IMG/VR virus record: IMGVR_UViG_3300049044_000033
Span: 32,001 to 96,000 of that record
Direction: 5' to 3' (one strand)
Length of the DNA stretch: 64,000 nt
From: a virus
Lineage: Duplodnaviria; Heunggongvirae; Uroviricota; Caudoviricetes
Of the stretch, positions 26,326 through 35,934 are shown one piece after another (positions within the stretch are counted from its first letter, which is position 1; each line of letters opens with the position of its first letter). Below the pieces are notes generated by a model. That model worked only from the letters and a program-made list of their open reading frames with translations. It was not told where the DNA came from and did not search any database. A program made the translations under genes and the position numbers.

Positions 26326-27716
26326 GTGAGATCCTTTATGCGAGCGAGGCTTTCATCTTTCCCGAGAAGATTCAAGACATCATAGATGGGAGGGCTGACC
26401 GTGCTACCTGTGAGAGCAATCCGAAGAGGCTCAACAACTTTACCCATCTTGAGGTCAAACTTCTCCATTGTCTTTTCAATGATCCTATGCTGCTGATCAG
26501 ACTCCCAGACGATCTCGCCTAGTTCCTTGTGGAAGAAGCGGAGGATATCCAAGGAGTCAACAGTCAACCTTGCCTCTGCCTTTTCCTCTAAGGCAATAGG
26601 TCGAGAAGCCCAGAGGAACATTGTTCCATCCGCAAGAGCGTTAATGTCAGAAGATCGCTCCCGTAGGGCGGGCATCGCAGTCAACAGCTTGTCAGCGTCG
26701 AAGACTACATTCCAGCTTAGTAGTTTCTCACAAGCCAGCTCACAGAGCTTCTCAGGGGAAGACTGACGGATGTAATGACCATTGATGCTAGCAAGCTTCT
26801 TCGCATCCAATCGGGCAGGATTGCGTTTGACATCCTTAATGTCAAACCATTCAATGGCCTGATCGAGGGAGAAAATCTCGTCATCACCGTGACCCCAACC
26901 TAGGCGCGCCAAGTAGTTGATCATTGCCTCAGGCAAAATACCGAGGTCATCCCGATAATCCTCAACAGCAGCCGCTCCAGTTCGCTTGCTGAGCTTCTTC
27001 CCTTGCTCATCATGGATGAGAGGTATGTGGGCATAGGTAGGACGCTCCCAACCCATCCCATCATAGATCGGAATCTGTCGGAAGGCATTATTGAGGTGGT
27101 CGTCACCTCGGATCACATGAGTAACGCCCATGTCGAAATCGTCAACCACGACGGCCAGCATGTAGGTCGGGGTGCCATCGCTTCGGAGAAGGATCATGTC
27201 ATCCAGCTCTTTATTCTGAACGGTGACCTTACCCTGAACGAGATCCTCGATAGTCGTCTCACCCTGACGAGGAGCCTTCAGCCTAATTGTAAATGGACGC
27301 TCATCAGAAGGGAGGTCTAGTGGCTTACAATCTCGATAGGGGGAATCATATCGAAAAGGCCCCTTGTTACCGCTGACGCTCCAGTCCTTGCGATAGACTT
27401 CCATCTGGTCAGGAGTTGTGAAATCCATGTAGGCATGGCCCTTACCAAGCAAATACATCGCAACAGCAATATGTCGCTCTGCTCGCCAGCTTTGGATGTA
27501 GACTTCTCCGTCATGTTTCAGACCAAGCCAATCCAAGCCGTTGTAGATTGCCTGAACTGCTTCTGGAGTATTGCGCGCTTTGTCTGTATCCTCGATGCGA
27601 AGGAGGAACTCGCCTCCCATCTTCTTCGCATAAAGGTAGTTGAATAGAGCCGTGCGAGCCCCTCCAATGTGGAGGTAGCCAGTAGGCGATGGAGCAAAGC
27701 GAGTCCTAATAGTCAT
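26322..27716 (-). CDS. gltX: glutamate--tRNA ligase
   Basis: RTRFAPSPTGYLHIGG (HIGH), LRIEDTD, THVIRGDDH, KKLSKR (KMSKS) and anticodon-binding C-terminus PLRIALTG; full length, 464 aa. Confidence 0.97.
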   Translation of the reverse strand: MTIRTRFAPSPTGYLHIGGARTALFNYLYAKKMGGEFLLRIEDTDKARNTPEAVQAIYNGLDWLGLKHDGEVYIQSWRAERHIAVAMYLLGKGHAYMDFTTPDQMEVYRKDWSVSGNKGPFRYDSPYRDCKPLDLPSDERPFTIRLKAPRQGETTIEDLVQGKVTVQNKELDDMILLRSDGTPTYMLAVVVDDFDMGVTHVIRGDDHLNNAFRQIPIYDGMGWERPTYAHIPLIHDEQGKKLSKRTGAAAVEDYRDDLGILPEAMINYLARLGWGHGDDEIFSLDQAIEWFDIKDVKRNPARLDAKKLASINGHYIRQSSPEKLCELACEKLLSWNVVFDADKLLTAMPALRERSSDINALADGTMFLWASRPIALEEKAEARLTVDSLDILRFFHKELGEIVWESDQQHRIIEKTMEKFDLKMGKVVEPLRIALTGSTVSPPIYDVLNLLGKDESLARIKDLT

Positions 27717-27758
27717 AGGACTGCTATGTAGCCTAATTGGTAGGAAGTCTAGCCCTTT

Positions 27759-28001
27759 TTAGACTGGGGCAGTGATGAATAGGCCAGCAAAGATTAAGAG
27801 GGCGATCCCGCCTATAATTATCGCTTGAACCCTATTCATAATAGAATCATGGGCCTTGTGAGTATATCGACTAGCCTTCGTCAGTTTAGCAACCTGACGA
27901 CGTTCATACCAAAGGCCAAACACGATTGGCAGGGAGAATATTACCATCATGAGCAATATTCCGCCGAAGTTTAGAGCTGCCCAAAGGAGTCTATCAAGCA
28001 T
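27759..28001 (-). CDS. membrane protein
   Basis: Two hydrophobic helices. Confidence 0.65.
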   Translation of the reverse strand: MLDRLLWAALNFGGILLMMVIFSLPIVFGLWYERRQVAKLTKASRYTHKAHDSIMNRVQAIIIGGIALLIFAGLFITAPV

Positions 28002-28162
28002 CAGTTATTCCCTACCAGGCGACGACATTTAGCTGAGCGATATTCAGGAGGAGTGGCTTTACACTTTGATCTGAATACCGTGGCCGCATTCACGACAGGA
28101 ACAGCCGACACTGGCAAAGGTGTAAAGCTCAGGATCAAGATAGGGATGATTGCTTTAGGCAT
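28001..28162 (-). CDS. small exported protein
   Basis: MPKAIIPILILSF signal-like N-terminus, two Cys; start inferred. Confidence 0.45.
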   Translation of the reverse strand: MPKAIIPILILSFTPLPVSAVPVVNAATVFRSKCKATPPEYRSAKCRRLVGNN

Positions 28163-28463
28163 ATTTCCACACAATCTGGCCACAATATTCACCTGTGCCA
28201 TCAGGGTTCAATTTTACCGAACCAGTCTCAGTGGCAGGATATCTCCAAGCGGTCAAAGTACCTAAGACTGGACTGACTAAAAGAGGTGACCTCCAAGTTT
28301 TGCCTCGGACTGCTGACGTCACACCTTCTATGACAACAATCTTTCGACCTAGAAGTCGCCATATAAAGGTGTTGAAGCCGTCGCAGGTTTTAAAGAAAAG
28401 CCAAAACAACAAACAAGCCACAAAGGTGGCATAAGCGAAGACGATAATTTCCTGAGGTCTCAT
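28155..28463 (-). CDS. hypothetical membrane-anchored protein
   Basis: N-terminal TM; ATGA overlap. Confidence 0.65.
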   Translation of the reverse strand: MRPQEIIVFAYATFVACLLFWLFFKTCDGFNTFIWRLLGRKIVVIEGVTSAVRGKTWRSPLLVSPVLGTLTAWRYPATETGSVKLNPDGTGEYCGQIVWKYA

Positions 28464-28843
28464 CGTGGAAGCGCCTTAGGCTTCTTGTCGTCACCGATAT
28501 GGACGAAGATATACTGGGCTTCGCAGACCTTAGTGGCTTCGCCTGTGCAACCTGCTAGGGCGTAGGTGCAGACCATCACATTCATCGAGGAGGAACCTTC
28601 CTTCACAATGTCTGCGTAGATCACTACCTCATCGCCTACTCGGACAGGTGCAAGGAATTTGAATCCCTCAACAGCAACCGTCACGGTTCGACCTCCGGCT
28701 CGACGCTTAGTGACAGCGCCAGCCGCGAGATCCATATGAGACATCAACCAACCACCGAAGATGTCTCCATCGGGATTAGTGTCACTGGGCATTGCGGTGA
28801 GAATGCGAACGGGGCGGCGCCCCTCTTTGTCAGCCTGTTCCAT
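28460..28843 (-). CDS. acyl-CoA thioesterase (YciA-like hotdog fold)
   Basis: AMPSDTNPDGDIFGGWLMSHMDLA...VTVAV...F..PVRVGD motif. Confidence 0.9.
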   Translation of the reverse strand: MEQADKEGRRPVRILTAMPSDTNPDGDIFGGWLMSHMDLAAGAVTKRRAGGRTVTVAVEGFKFLAPVRVGDEVVIYADIVKEGSSSMNVMVCTYALAGCTGEATKVCEAQYIFVHIGDDKKPKALPR

Positions 28844-28876
28844 GCCACTTTATGGCATGGAATCCTAGGACTGTCA

Positions 28877-29059
28877 TTATTCTTTTCGGCTTTTCAGGTT
28901 GTCGTTGATCTCAATCAAATAAGCCACAACGATCATCAGAAGACCCATAATGATTCGATGAGTTGCAACCTGAATATCAATAATATTGGCAATTACTGCG
29001 AGGGCCATTACAACAGCAATAAGCCCGCCAACAACCTTCAAGGGTAAAGAAAACATCAT
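28877..29059 (-). CDS. small membrane protein
   Basis: Two TM helices; ATGA overlap. Confidence 0.6.
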   Translation of the reverse strand: MMFSLPLKVVGGLIAVVMALAVIANIIDIQVATHRIIMGLLMIVVAYLIEINDNLKSRKE

Positions 29060-29388
29060 TCCCCGTACTTCTTTTTCAGGGCTGCTAGTAGGGCTCGTTC
29101 CTTGGCTTCGATTTCCTTCGGTGTCTTCGCTGCTCTCTCACCAGTAATGCCGGTGAGGAACATCAACAACCACATGAATACTGCCACACACGGAATGCTA
29201 ATCTTCATGAAGTCGGTCATTGCCTGAATATCAGCCGCTTGCTTGACCGACATAGGTTCGAGAAAGATTAGCTTTGGCAGAAGGATAGCCATAGCGTAAG
29301 AAACTGGAATGATGAGGAGTAGGAAGCGATTCGTAAACCAGGATCGACGAGTGCTCTCCTTCCAGCTTGGAACGTCATCGGGTCTCAT
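29056..29388 (-). CDS. membrane protein
   Basis: Two TM helices; ATGA overlaps. Confidence 0.65.
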   Translation of the reverse strand: MRPDDVPSWKESTRRSWFTNRFLLLIIPVSYAMAILLPKLIFLEPMSVKQAADIQAMTDFMKISIPCVAVFMWLLMFLTGITGERAAKTPKEIEAKERALLAALKKKYGE

Positions 29389-29594
29389 ACGTCAAATCCC
29401 ATATCCTTTAGCATTGCGAGAGGATTCCTACAAGGGAACCAGTCAACGCTTTTGTGCCCGGCAGCAATCTCTACCGCGTTTCGACGAGCAGCTTCTGCCT
29501 TTGCTTCCTCTTCAGTCAAATCAACCGCGTTGGAATCAAATGAACGTTTGGCATTCGGCGCGGAAGCCGACATTACGATCCAGTCTTTACTCAT
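29385..29594 (-). CDS. hypothetical protein
   Basis: Operon packing. Confidence 0.6.
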   Translation of the reverse strand: MSKDWIVMSASAPNAKRSFDSNAVDLTEEEAKAEAARRNAVEIAAGHKSVDWFPCRNPLAMLKDMGFDV

Positions 29595-29598
29595 CGGT

Positions 29599-29967
29599 TC
29601 ATCCTTGCTTGAGCAGGACGCGATCGGCCAACTTTGCGAACATGAGCTGCTTCTGGAAGCTCTTCACAAAGTTGGGATAGATCTTTTCGATTTCAGGGTA
29701 CTGGTCACCCTCGCGGGCGCAGGAAACCCGCGCATAGCCGCGGCTCTTGACCTTAGCGCGCGATTTATCGTCCAGTTCACCCTCGACCCAACGACCCTCA
29801 TGAAGCTGGAATGTAAGGAACTTCTTGTCGTCTGAGGTAGCGCGGCGACCCCAAAAACTATAGAGCCGGCCCTCGACTTCAGCCCAACCCCAGATCTTAT
29901 CTGAGCCCCGCTTACCAGCCTTTGAATCCTGGCACCACAGGTATCCACGAATAGTGAAATTTGCCAT
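29599..29967 (-). CDS. WGR-like domain protein
   Basis: SDKIW...YSFWGRR...K..KSRGY pattern; start after AGGAGATCG. Confidence 0.55.
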   Translation of the reverse strand: MANFTIRGYLWCQDSKAGKRGSDKIWGWAEVEGRLYSFWGRRATSDDKKFLTFQLHEGRWVEGELDDKSRAKVKSRGYARVSCAREGDQYPEIEKIYPNFVKSFQKQLMFAKLADRVLLKQG

Positions 29968-30021
29968 AACGATCTCCTTTCGCACATAGTTTAGCACAAA
30001 AGGAGAACTTGTCTACCATTT

Positions 30022-30330
30022 TTAGGCAGATGCTGCTACTTCTGATCTAGCCCGACGGATTGCATCAGCGACCTCCATGCCCTCAGCCTTGTAGCGTTTG
30101 ATCAAGTCGATCATCTGACTATCAGCTTTGACCGTGTAGGGCACGAATTCCTTGTATTCTACTTTGTGCTCACTTGCCCAAATCTTGGCGTGCTCTTCAG
30201 CATAGAACAAGTTGGGGAAGCTCGCAAAGTAAGCTTCCCGGTCGCCAAACCCGTCGGTGGTCGGGAAATACATAGTGGGGAGAAAGCGGCCGCCGTTAAC
30301 AACTTCGACCTTAACAAATGCCTTGCTCAT
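30022..30330 (-). CDS. hypothetical protein
   Basis: Own promoter-RBS element. Confidence 0.75.
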   Translation of the reverse strand: MSKAFVKVEVVNGGRFLPTMYFPTTDGFGDREAYFASFPNLFYAEEHAKIWASEHKVEYKEFVPYTVKADSQMIDLIKRYKAEGMEVADAIRRARSEVAASA

Positions 30331-30380
30331 TTCGATCTCCTGCTTCTGTTAATCACTAGATAACAGGATAGGTGAATAAG

Positions 30381-30590
30381 TCAACCAGTTTCTTCAAGTT
30401 CCCAGACTTGATTGCCCTCTGGGGCTTTGACATTGATCCGCTGCTGCTCAGTGAAATTATCCGTCCAAGCCTTTGTGGTTCGTCCTCGGCGCAGTCCGCC
30501 AGTCTGTTGATCAGTGGGACGGTATTTGCGAGTTCCCTTGCGGATGAATAAGCCAGTGTCATCTTCCATTATGACCACAATATTACTCAT
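30381..30590 (-). CDS. hypothetical protein
   Basis: ATGA overlap. Confidence 0.6.
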   Translation of the reverse strand: MSNIVVIMEDDTGLFIRKGTRKYRPTDQQTGGLRRGRTTKAWTDNFTEQQRINVKAPEGNQVWELEETG

Positions 30591-30931
30591 ACGGCAATCT
30601 GTCCACTTCTTTCTAAATGGTATTTGGCGGCTTCGTCGAGACTTGATAGTCCCTTTACGTCGCCGGCTGCAACCGCATGAGTAATCTCAGGATAGACATC
30701 AGGATCATGCGACCACAGCTTAACAAAATAAATGCCGGGTTGCGAGTCTTCCACTACACCGTAGCCAGCTTCACCCATTCCAAGATTGACGACCACGAAG
30801 TCATTGACCTCATAGACAGTTGGGCTCTTGTCTTTTACCGCCTCAAACATCTCAGTCAATACTTCAAAGGGTAAGTCATAGCCACGATCCCAAAGAAAGG
30901 TTCTTGCGGCTTGGGTTCTCTCGTCCCTCAT
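30587..30931 (-). CDS. hypothetical protein
   Basis: ATGA overlaps; start corrected. Confidence 0.65.
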   Translation of the reverse strand: MRDERTQAARTFLWDRGYDLPFEVLTEMFEAVKDKSPTVYEVNDFVVVNLGMGEAGYGVVEDSQPGIYFVKLWSHDPDVYPEITHAVAAGDVKGLSSLDEAAKYHLERSGQIAV

Positions 30932-31119
30932 TTCTTTTCCTTCCATGCGTCACCATAGATTGGATGCTCCCACCAAGGACCAGCGTGGTACCAGGACTGA
31001 GCTTGGCGGCTGCGGTCGAGAATCTGCCTAATTTCATGGGATTCTCGTGAGTTGCCGAGGGTTAGAATATCACCCAATGCGGTAAAGATACTTAGAAAGC
31101 CTTCAATCAAGGCCCTCAT
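30928..31119 (-). CDS. hypothetical protein
   Basis: ATGA overlaps. Confidence 0.6.
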   Translation of the reverse strand: MRALIEGFLSIFTALGDILTLGNSRESHEIRQILDRSRQAQSWYHAGPWWEHPIYGDAWKEKK

Positions 31120-31343
31120 CGAGTCAGCTCAATAGCCAACTGGTCAGCGGTCATACCGCTGTCGTAGTCCAACCCAAGCTGATGGAGGCCACGATTGTGA
31201 AGGCGCATTCCGGCATCATGTTCACTCAGGCCGGTAAGTTCTTGGATTCGATCGTAAGCGAGAACGCGCCATTTTGTAAAGGACGTCTGCGCCTTGCCTT
31301 GATGGGGAGATTCGGCGTTGTGGATTTCCCAAATGTTAGCCAT
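31116..31343 (-). CDS. hypothetical protein
   Basis: GAGGGG SD before MANIWE. Confidence 0.6.
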   Translation of the reverse strand: MANIWEIHNAESPHQGKAQTSFTKWRVLAYDRIQELTGLSEHDAGMRLHNRGLHQLGLDYDSGMTADQLAIELTR

Positions 31344-31620
31344 ATTTGCCCCTCTTGGATTTCCCAAACATCTTGTCGAAAATACCATCTTTACCGAAGG
31401 TCGACTCCATCGTTTCGTCGAACGCATCCATGCTTTTTAAGTTGCGAATTTCCTCAGAAAGTTCTCGCACCCGCTGATTTGACCTAGCGAGCTCCTCTTT
31501 TGCCCGCTGGCCGTCAACGAGCATATCATACACGGCTTTAAGCCATGCGCGCTTGACCTCGACTTTCTTTTCCTGATCGCCGAACGTAGCAGCTTTCAGG
31601 GTCGAGAGATCAATCTTCAC
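31336..31620 (-). CDS. coiled-coil hypothetical protein
   Basis: Operon packing; GTG start inferred. Confidence 0.6.
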   Translation of the reverse strand: MKIDLSTLKAATFGDQEKKVEVKRAWLKAVYDMLVDGQRAKEELARSNQRVRELSEEIRNLKSMDAFDETMESTFGKDGIFDKMFGKSKRGKYG

Positions 31621-31903
31621 TAGGCATCTCCTCGAGGAAGCCATCAGGGCGGATGATCCACTCCTTCACGATGCCGTCCTTGTTTTTCAGCCGCAAGATT
31701 GCGTCATACTCGCCGGTCATTTCGGCCAAGTCAGCAACTACCGCAAGCTGGATACAAGGCGCGTTGTCGAGGTCAGAAGCACTGACCTCGGGTTCACCTT
31801 CGTCGCGTGTCTCATTTGCGCAGTGGACCGCAACATCGAGCGCAGTTCTATCCAGACCCATTGCTTGACGCAGGGCATACATGGGAGGGATCTTGTCTGT
31901 CAT
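31610..31903 (-). CDS. hypothetical protein
   Basis: ATGA overlap, GGAG SD. Confidence 0.65.
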   Translation of the reverse strand: MTDKIPPMYALRQAMGLDRTALDVAVHCANETRDEGEPEVSASDLDNAPCIQLAVVADLAEMTGEYDAILRLKNKDGIVKEWIIRPDGFLEEMPSED

Positions 31904-32100
31904 TCGCCATACTCTCCGCGCAAAGCTGCAATTAGGTCTTTGAGGACTTCCTCAACGTCGTCGGCTTCCATGCCAGCTTCCAACATCGTTTCAGCAGCTT
32001 CCTCGACTGAATCGCCAGTATCTGAGTGCCACCAACCATCGCTTGGCTCCAAAGCTTTAGCAATGCGTTCTGCCACTTTAGTCAATGGAGCGGTCGCCAT
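31900..32100 (-). CDS. small acidic protein
   Basis: Operon packing. Confidence 0.65.
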   Translation of the reverse strand: MATAPLTKVAERIAKALEPSDGWWHSDTGDSVEEAAETMLEAGMEADDVEEVLKDLIAALRGEYGE

Positions 32101-32404
32101 CTACGCTATCCTTGTATCGTCTTGCCCACTTCTCACATTTGCGGAGAAGGATCTCATTGATTTTCTCGTCCGTAGTCTCGGGACGGTGTATGAAAATTAT
32201 GTCAAGAGCGCAAGCTATGATGTCGATGGCTTCGCCCACAACGCCATCGCTGCCCTCTTCTTCGCCAGCCCGGACCTTGGCTATCTCCTCATCCAGTTCA
32301 ACAATTTCAAGTTTGGTATGGCGGCTAGCATCTTCGAGCTGTCGACCATTCTGAACGATTCGCGCATAGTGGCGAACTATATCGAGAGGGTTATTGGTAT
32401 CCAT
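32078..32404 (-). CDS. MazG-like all-alpha NTP pyrophosphohydrolase
   Basis: EIVELDEEI...GEAIDII...KCEKW matches ExxE...ExxD spacing. Confidence 0.55.
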   Translation of the reverse strand: MDTNNPLDIVRHYARIVQNGRQLEDASRHTKLEIVELDEEIAKVRAGEEEGSDGVVGEAIDIIACALDIIFIHRPETTDEKINEILLRKCEKWARRYKDSVDGDRSID

Positions 32405-32440
32405 ATCCTATCGCTAAACAGGATATGGATACACGTCAAC

Positions 32441-32749
32441 CTAAAACAGACCTTCTACTGCCTGAGTCAGAGCCTGAGCTACCGCGCGATGGAGGAGGCG
32501 ATCCAATTCAACTTGGAGGTCATATTCGCAAAGGCTGTTCCAGCTCGTGGAACGATGAGTTTCCTTCAGCTTGCCCTGGCGGTTGTGAGCCTTACCTGTC
32601 CAGCTGTAGAGCTTATGAGGGTCAGAATCTTGACCTAGGGTTGCTACTGGCTTGTCCTTACGGAGAACCTCGGCAAAGGTCATCTGACCATCCTGGTAGA
32701 CGCGGGTCTCAAACTGGTCAACCAGTTCCTTAACATGCTTCATAGCCAT
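32441..32749 (-). CDS. hypothetical protein
   Basis: Own promoter-RBS element. Confidence 0.75.
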   Translation of the reverse strand: MAMKHVKELVDQFETRVYQDGQMTFAEVLRKDKPVATLGQDSDPHKLYSWTGKAHNRQGKLKETHRSTSWNSLCEYDLQVELDRLLHRAVAQALTQAVEGLF

Positions 32750-32813
32750 TGCCGATCTCCTCGTTGCTTCCTACCCACTCACATTAGCAGAATAGGTGAA
32801 CTAATCAACCAGT

Positions 32814-33230
32814 TTATTCAGCTTTGGCAAATTTAGAGTGACGCTGGAGGTCTTCATTGGTCCAAGTGCGGGGAGGGATGCCACCGTTCTCCTCAACCAA
32901 TCCGGCGATCCAGCCGTGGACCAAACCATTCATCCGGCAACGCAGGTACATGAAGGGGAAATAATCATCCCCCATATTGGATTCACGGGGATAGAGCAGC
33001 TTCAAGCCTTGGGCAGCGGAGTAATACTCCTGAGCGATGAAATACATACGCTTATTGGCACCATGGACGACCTTTTCACCGTCCTCGTTCTCCTGAGGGA
33101 GATCAACCATTGCGTCCAAGGCATTGAGCGCCTTCCAGACCAGATCCTCAAAGAGGGAATGCGAAGCCAAGCTATCGTTGAAAATCTCAATCTGCTTGTT
33201 GGTTGCTGGGTAGTTACCGATCTTCGCCAT
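32814..33230 (-). CDS. hypothetical protein
   Basis: Own promoter-RBS element. Confidence 0.75.
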   Translation of the reverse strand: MAKIGNYPATNKQIEIFNDSLASHSLFEDLVWKALNALDAMVDLPQENEDGEKVVHGANKRMYFIAQEYYSAAQGLKLLYPRESNMGDDYFPFMYLRCRMNGLVHGWIAGLVEENGGIPPRTWTNEDLQRHSKFAKAE

Positions 33231-33291
33231 TGCTTATCTCCTGTTCCGATTTACCCGTGATAGCAGAACTGGAAGAAGAGTCAACCAGTTT

Positions 33292-33591
33292 TTATCGGCA
33301 GGGAAGATATCGGAGGATCCATTTGGGATAACCCTCAGGTGTCATAATGATATCAGGAACCGCAAGGGCATCATTGCCAGTTTCAATCCAGCCTTGGCCG
33401 AGACAATGATCACAATTGGCGCGCTTGCTGCGAAGACTTATGAGGTCAATCTCGGTGTTCCACTGACCGTGTCCCTTACATGTTGGGCACTTCGCATCCA
33501 GGGTAGCGCCTCGAACTGCGACAGGGATGCAGGTGAAAGCATGAGGATCATCCACACCAGTTGTTACATGGACTTTACTGGGGTGGCTCAA
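33292..33591 (-). CDS. DnaJ-type Zn-finger small protein
   Basis: CPTCKGHG...CDHCLGQG. Confidence 0.7.
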   Translation of the reverse strand: MSHPSKVHVTTGVDDPHAFTCIPVAVRGATLDAKCPTCKGHGQWNTEIDLISLRSKRANCDHCLGQGWIETGNDALAVPDIIMTPEGYPKWILRYLPCR

Positions 33592-33965
33592 TTGACTTCT
33601 CCTTCAATATATTCCTGCCAAAGGTCGCCAGTCCACTCGTAGGTACCGGCCTTTTTACCTGTTGGTATGGTCAGCTTTGCGCCTCTGAATAGCACGCCTT
33701 GCGCCCTTACAACAAGAAACGCCCACGTTGGGTCAGGGACTTTCACATGATTTAAACGGGCAGGCATTTCAACTTGAATGGAGCCACAATCCCAACCAAG
33801 TGGTTCATTAGCAGCGATCGTTCTCGCAGGCTTCCTAGGCGGAGGAGGCAGGGCACGAAAAGTAGGACGATCCCAGAATGGTTGAAAGCGAGGATCCGCA
33901 GGGTTGTCCTTGGAACCACCGAGCCAGTCGGGGTAGTTCCAAAAATCCAAAGGATCAACGTTCAT
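33588..33965 (-). CDS. hypothetical protein
   Basis: ATGA overlap. Confidence 0.65.
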   Translation of the reverse strand: MNVDPLDFWNYPDWLGGSKDNPADPRFQPFWDRPTFRALPPPPRKPARTIAANEPLGWDCGSIQVEMPARLNHVKVPDPTWAFLVVRAQGVLFRGAKLTIPTGKKAGTYEWTGDLWQEYIEGEVN

Positions 33966-34231
33966 TGCGCAGCAATGCCCAGTTCGAGGAGGAGGTTATC
34001 CAATTCGATTTCGGTTCCGCGGAAGAACCCGGTTTGGTTACAGCCAAGATCGGCCCAGACCGAAACGATATCGGTTCCGATTTGGATACCGTAACCTCCA
34101 TCAGTGGAAATCGTCCGAACACCCTTGAATTCCCAACGGTCAACAAGGCTACCAGGTGTTAAAGTCCCTTCGTTCTTAACGAAGTGATGGATTGCTTCGA
34201 CCTTCTTAGCGATGCTTTCATTGAGAATCAT
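33962..34231 (-). CDS. hypothetical protein
   Basis: Own promoter-RBS element. Confidence 0.75.
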   Translation of the reverse strand: MILNESIAKKVEAIHHFVKNEGTLTPGSLVDRWEFKGVRTISTDGGYGIQIGTDIVSVWADLGCNQTGFFRGTEIELDNLLLELGIAAQ

Positions 34232-34294
34232 TGGGATCTCCTCGTTGCTCTTCTTGTCACCACTTTAAAGGAAATAGGTGGGGAGTCAACACCT

Positions 34295-34510
34295 TTATTC
34301 AGTTTCTCCGAGGGCCCATTTGCTGTAGGGCATACCACGAGCGCGACGCATACGAGCAAGCTTGATATCGGCTTCGGTCGGCCCACGAGCAATTCGAGCA
34401 GCTTCTTCCAGAGCCCGCTGTCTGTCGAGAGCGTTGAAAAAGCCCTCGATGTCAATATTCAGAAGAGCCTGATCCATTGCCCGGCTGCTACGAAACTTCC
34501 CACGTGCCAT
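34295..34510 (-). CDS. small basic protein
   Basis: Own promoter, GAGGAG SD; start corrected. Confidence 0.65.
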   Translation of the reverse strand: MARGKFRSSRAMDQALLNIDIEGFFNALDRQRALEEAARIARGPTEADIKLARMRRARGMPYSKWALGETE

Positions 34511-34567
34511 GCTCAACTCCTCTGATGTTAAAACCAAACTAGCAGAATAGGTGAAGCAGTCAACCAG

Positions 34568-34792
34568 TTATTTGACTTCGTTGCCGATTTCCTCGACGTT
34601 GTAGACATAGCGGAGAAAGCTGTCATTGTTGCTGAAGAAGCCAACGACGCAGTAGACTTCTTGCTTGGGCTTCTTGCTGTCTTTGACCTCGCGGGTGCGA
34701 ACTTCCTTGACAGTGATCGTCGTAGGGGCATCTTGGCGCAAATAGTTGCGCTTCGTTGGCTTGACGATATACTTCTTGCCGACTTCGATCAT
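34568..34792 (-). CDS. small SH3-like protein
   Basis: IEVGKKYIV N-terminus; AAGGA SD. Confidence 0.65.
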   Translation of the reverse strand: MIEVGKKYIVKPTKRNYLRQDAPTTITVKEVRTREVKDSKKPKQEVYCVVGFFSNNDSFLRYVYNVEEIGNEVK

Positions 34793-34801
34793 CTTACTTC
34801 C

Positions 34802-35176
34802 TTATGCGAATTCAGGGTCCAGGGTGCAGAGTTCGTACCCGTAGGTCTTCACTGCGTCCCAGTTGACTCGGTTGAGATCACGAGCACACTTGGTGCAGTA
34901 ATACTTGTCCATTGAATGGTTATACCATACCGCGCCGGGCTTCTGACATGCGGTAATATTGCAGGAGCCGCCCTTCAGTCCTTTGTCAGCTTTCGTGGGG
35001 CCCACGTAGTTGCCGCGACTATCGTAGTCACTTGCTGGCTTTTCGACCTGAGCTGTAGCTCGTTCATTGTGGACCACAAAGGGAGAGACTCGATACTGGC
35101 GAACTCCTCGTGATCGATCCAAACGGTCAGCGCGCATTTGGTTGAAGGACTTGGGCGGTTTACGAAGCTTTACCAT
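34802..35176 (-). CDS. Cys-rich hypothetical protein
   Basis: CNITACQ...YYCTKCA; start after AGGAGATCG. Confidence 0.7.
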   Translation of the reverse strand: MVKLRKPPKSFNQMRADRLDRSRGVRQYRVSPFVVHNERATAQVEKPASDYDSRGNYVGPTKADKGLKGGSCNITACQKPGAVWYNHSMDKYYCTKCARDLNRVNWDAVKTYGYELCTLDPEFA

Positions 35177-35226
35177 TACGATCTCCTGTTTCTCTTCTGA
35201 CCTGTTTAGCAGAACTAGGAAAGGTG

Positions 35227-35520
35227 TCAACCGTTAAGCTGGCTGCGGATGAGGTTCTTACCAGCGGTGCGCAGCTTCTTCTGGGGTTCCTTGACCTTGC
35301 TCTTGTGGTAGATGTAACTGTGATCGTTGAGCTTGTAACCACCCTCGTTGTCGACCGTAGCAGTCTGGCACTTGTCGTAAATGATAGCACCGTCCTGACC
35401 GCGCAGGATAGCATCATCGTGGCGACCGTCCCAAGACCAGAGACCCGCGTCCTTGAGCTCTCGGTTGCGACGGATATTCGCAACCAGCTTGGGATCATTC
35501 TTGCGATAAGTGCGGGCCAT
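35227..35520 (-). CDS. basic hypothetical protein
   Basis: Own promoter-RBS element. Confidence 0.75.
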   Translation of the reverse strand: MARTYRKNDPKLVANIRRNRELKDAGLWSWDGRHDDAILRGQDGAIIYDKCQTATVDNEGGYKLNDHSYIYHKSKVKEPQKKLRTAGKNLIRSQLNG

Positions 35521-35584
35521 TTTCGATCTCCGTTTGCTGTCTACTCACCTAATTTAGCAAACTGGACGATCGTGTCAACCAGTT

Positions 35585-35752
35585 TTATCGCCTGCTGATC
35601 ACCATTTTGGCACCTGGAGGAGCAACACTCATATTGCGGTGAATGGGACGATCCATTGCGAAATCGACTGCACTGTAACAGTGAGTCCAGGTTCCCCAAC
35701 GATGGACGTAGGTGATCTGAAAACCGAGGAATTCAAGAATGCTGCGGATCAT
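35585..35752 (-). CDS. hypothetical protein (55 aa, not in ORF track)
   Basis: MIRSILEFLG...MVISRR; AAGGAG SD; stop abuts next promoter. Confidence 0.6.
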   Translation of the reverse strand: MIRSILEFLGFQITYVHRWGTWTHCYSAVDFAMDRPIHRNMSVAPPGAKMVISRR

Positions 35753-35763
35753 TCATCTTCTCC

Positions 35764-35934
35764 TTAATATTCCCAGCTGCTAACGCTGTAGCGCGACCGG
35801 TCCCAAAAGAGCTTGGCGAAGCGACGACGGACTGGCTGGCTGATCTTTTTGTGGATCCACGTTCCGAAGAGCGTAAGAGCTGCCATCTCAAGGAAGAAAA
35901 TAGCAACAATCCAACCGATCAAACCTGCGTCCAT
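35764..35934 (-). CDS. small membrane protein (56 aa, not in ORF track)
   Basis: MDAGLIGWIVAIFF...; own promoter and AAGGAGG SD. Confidence 0.65.
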   Translation of the reverse strand: MDAGLIGWIVAIFFLEMAALTLFGTWIHKKISQPVRRRFAKLFWDRSRYSVSSWEY

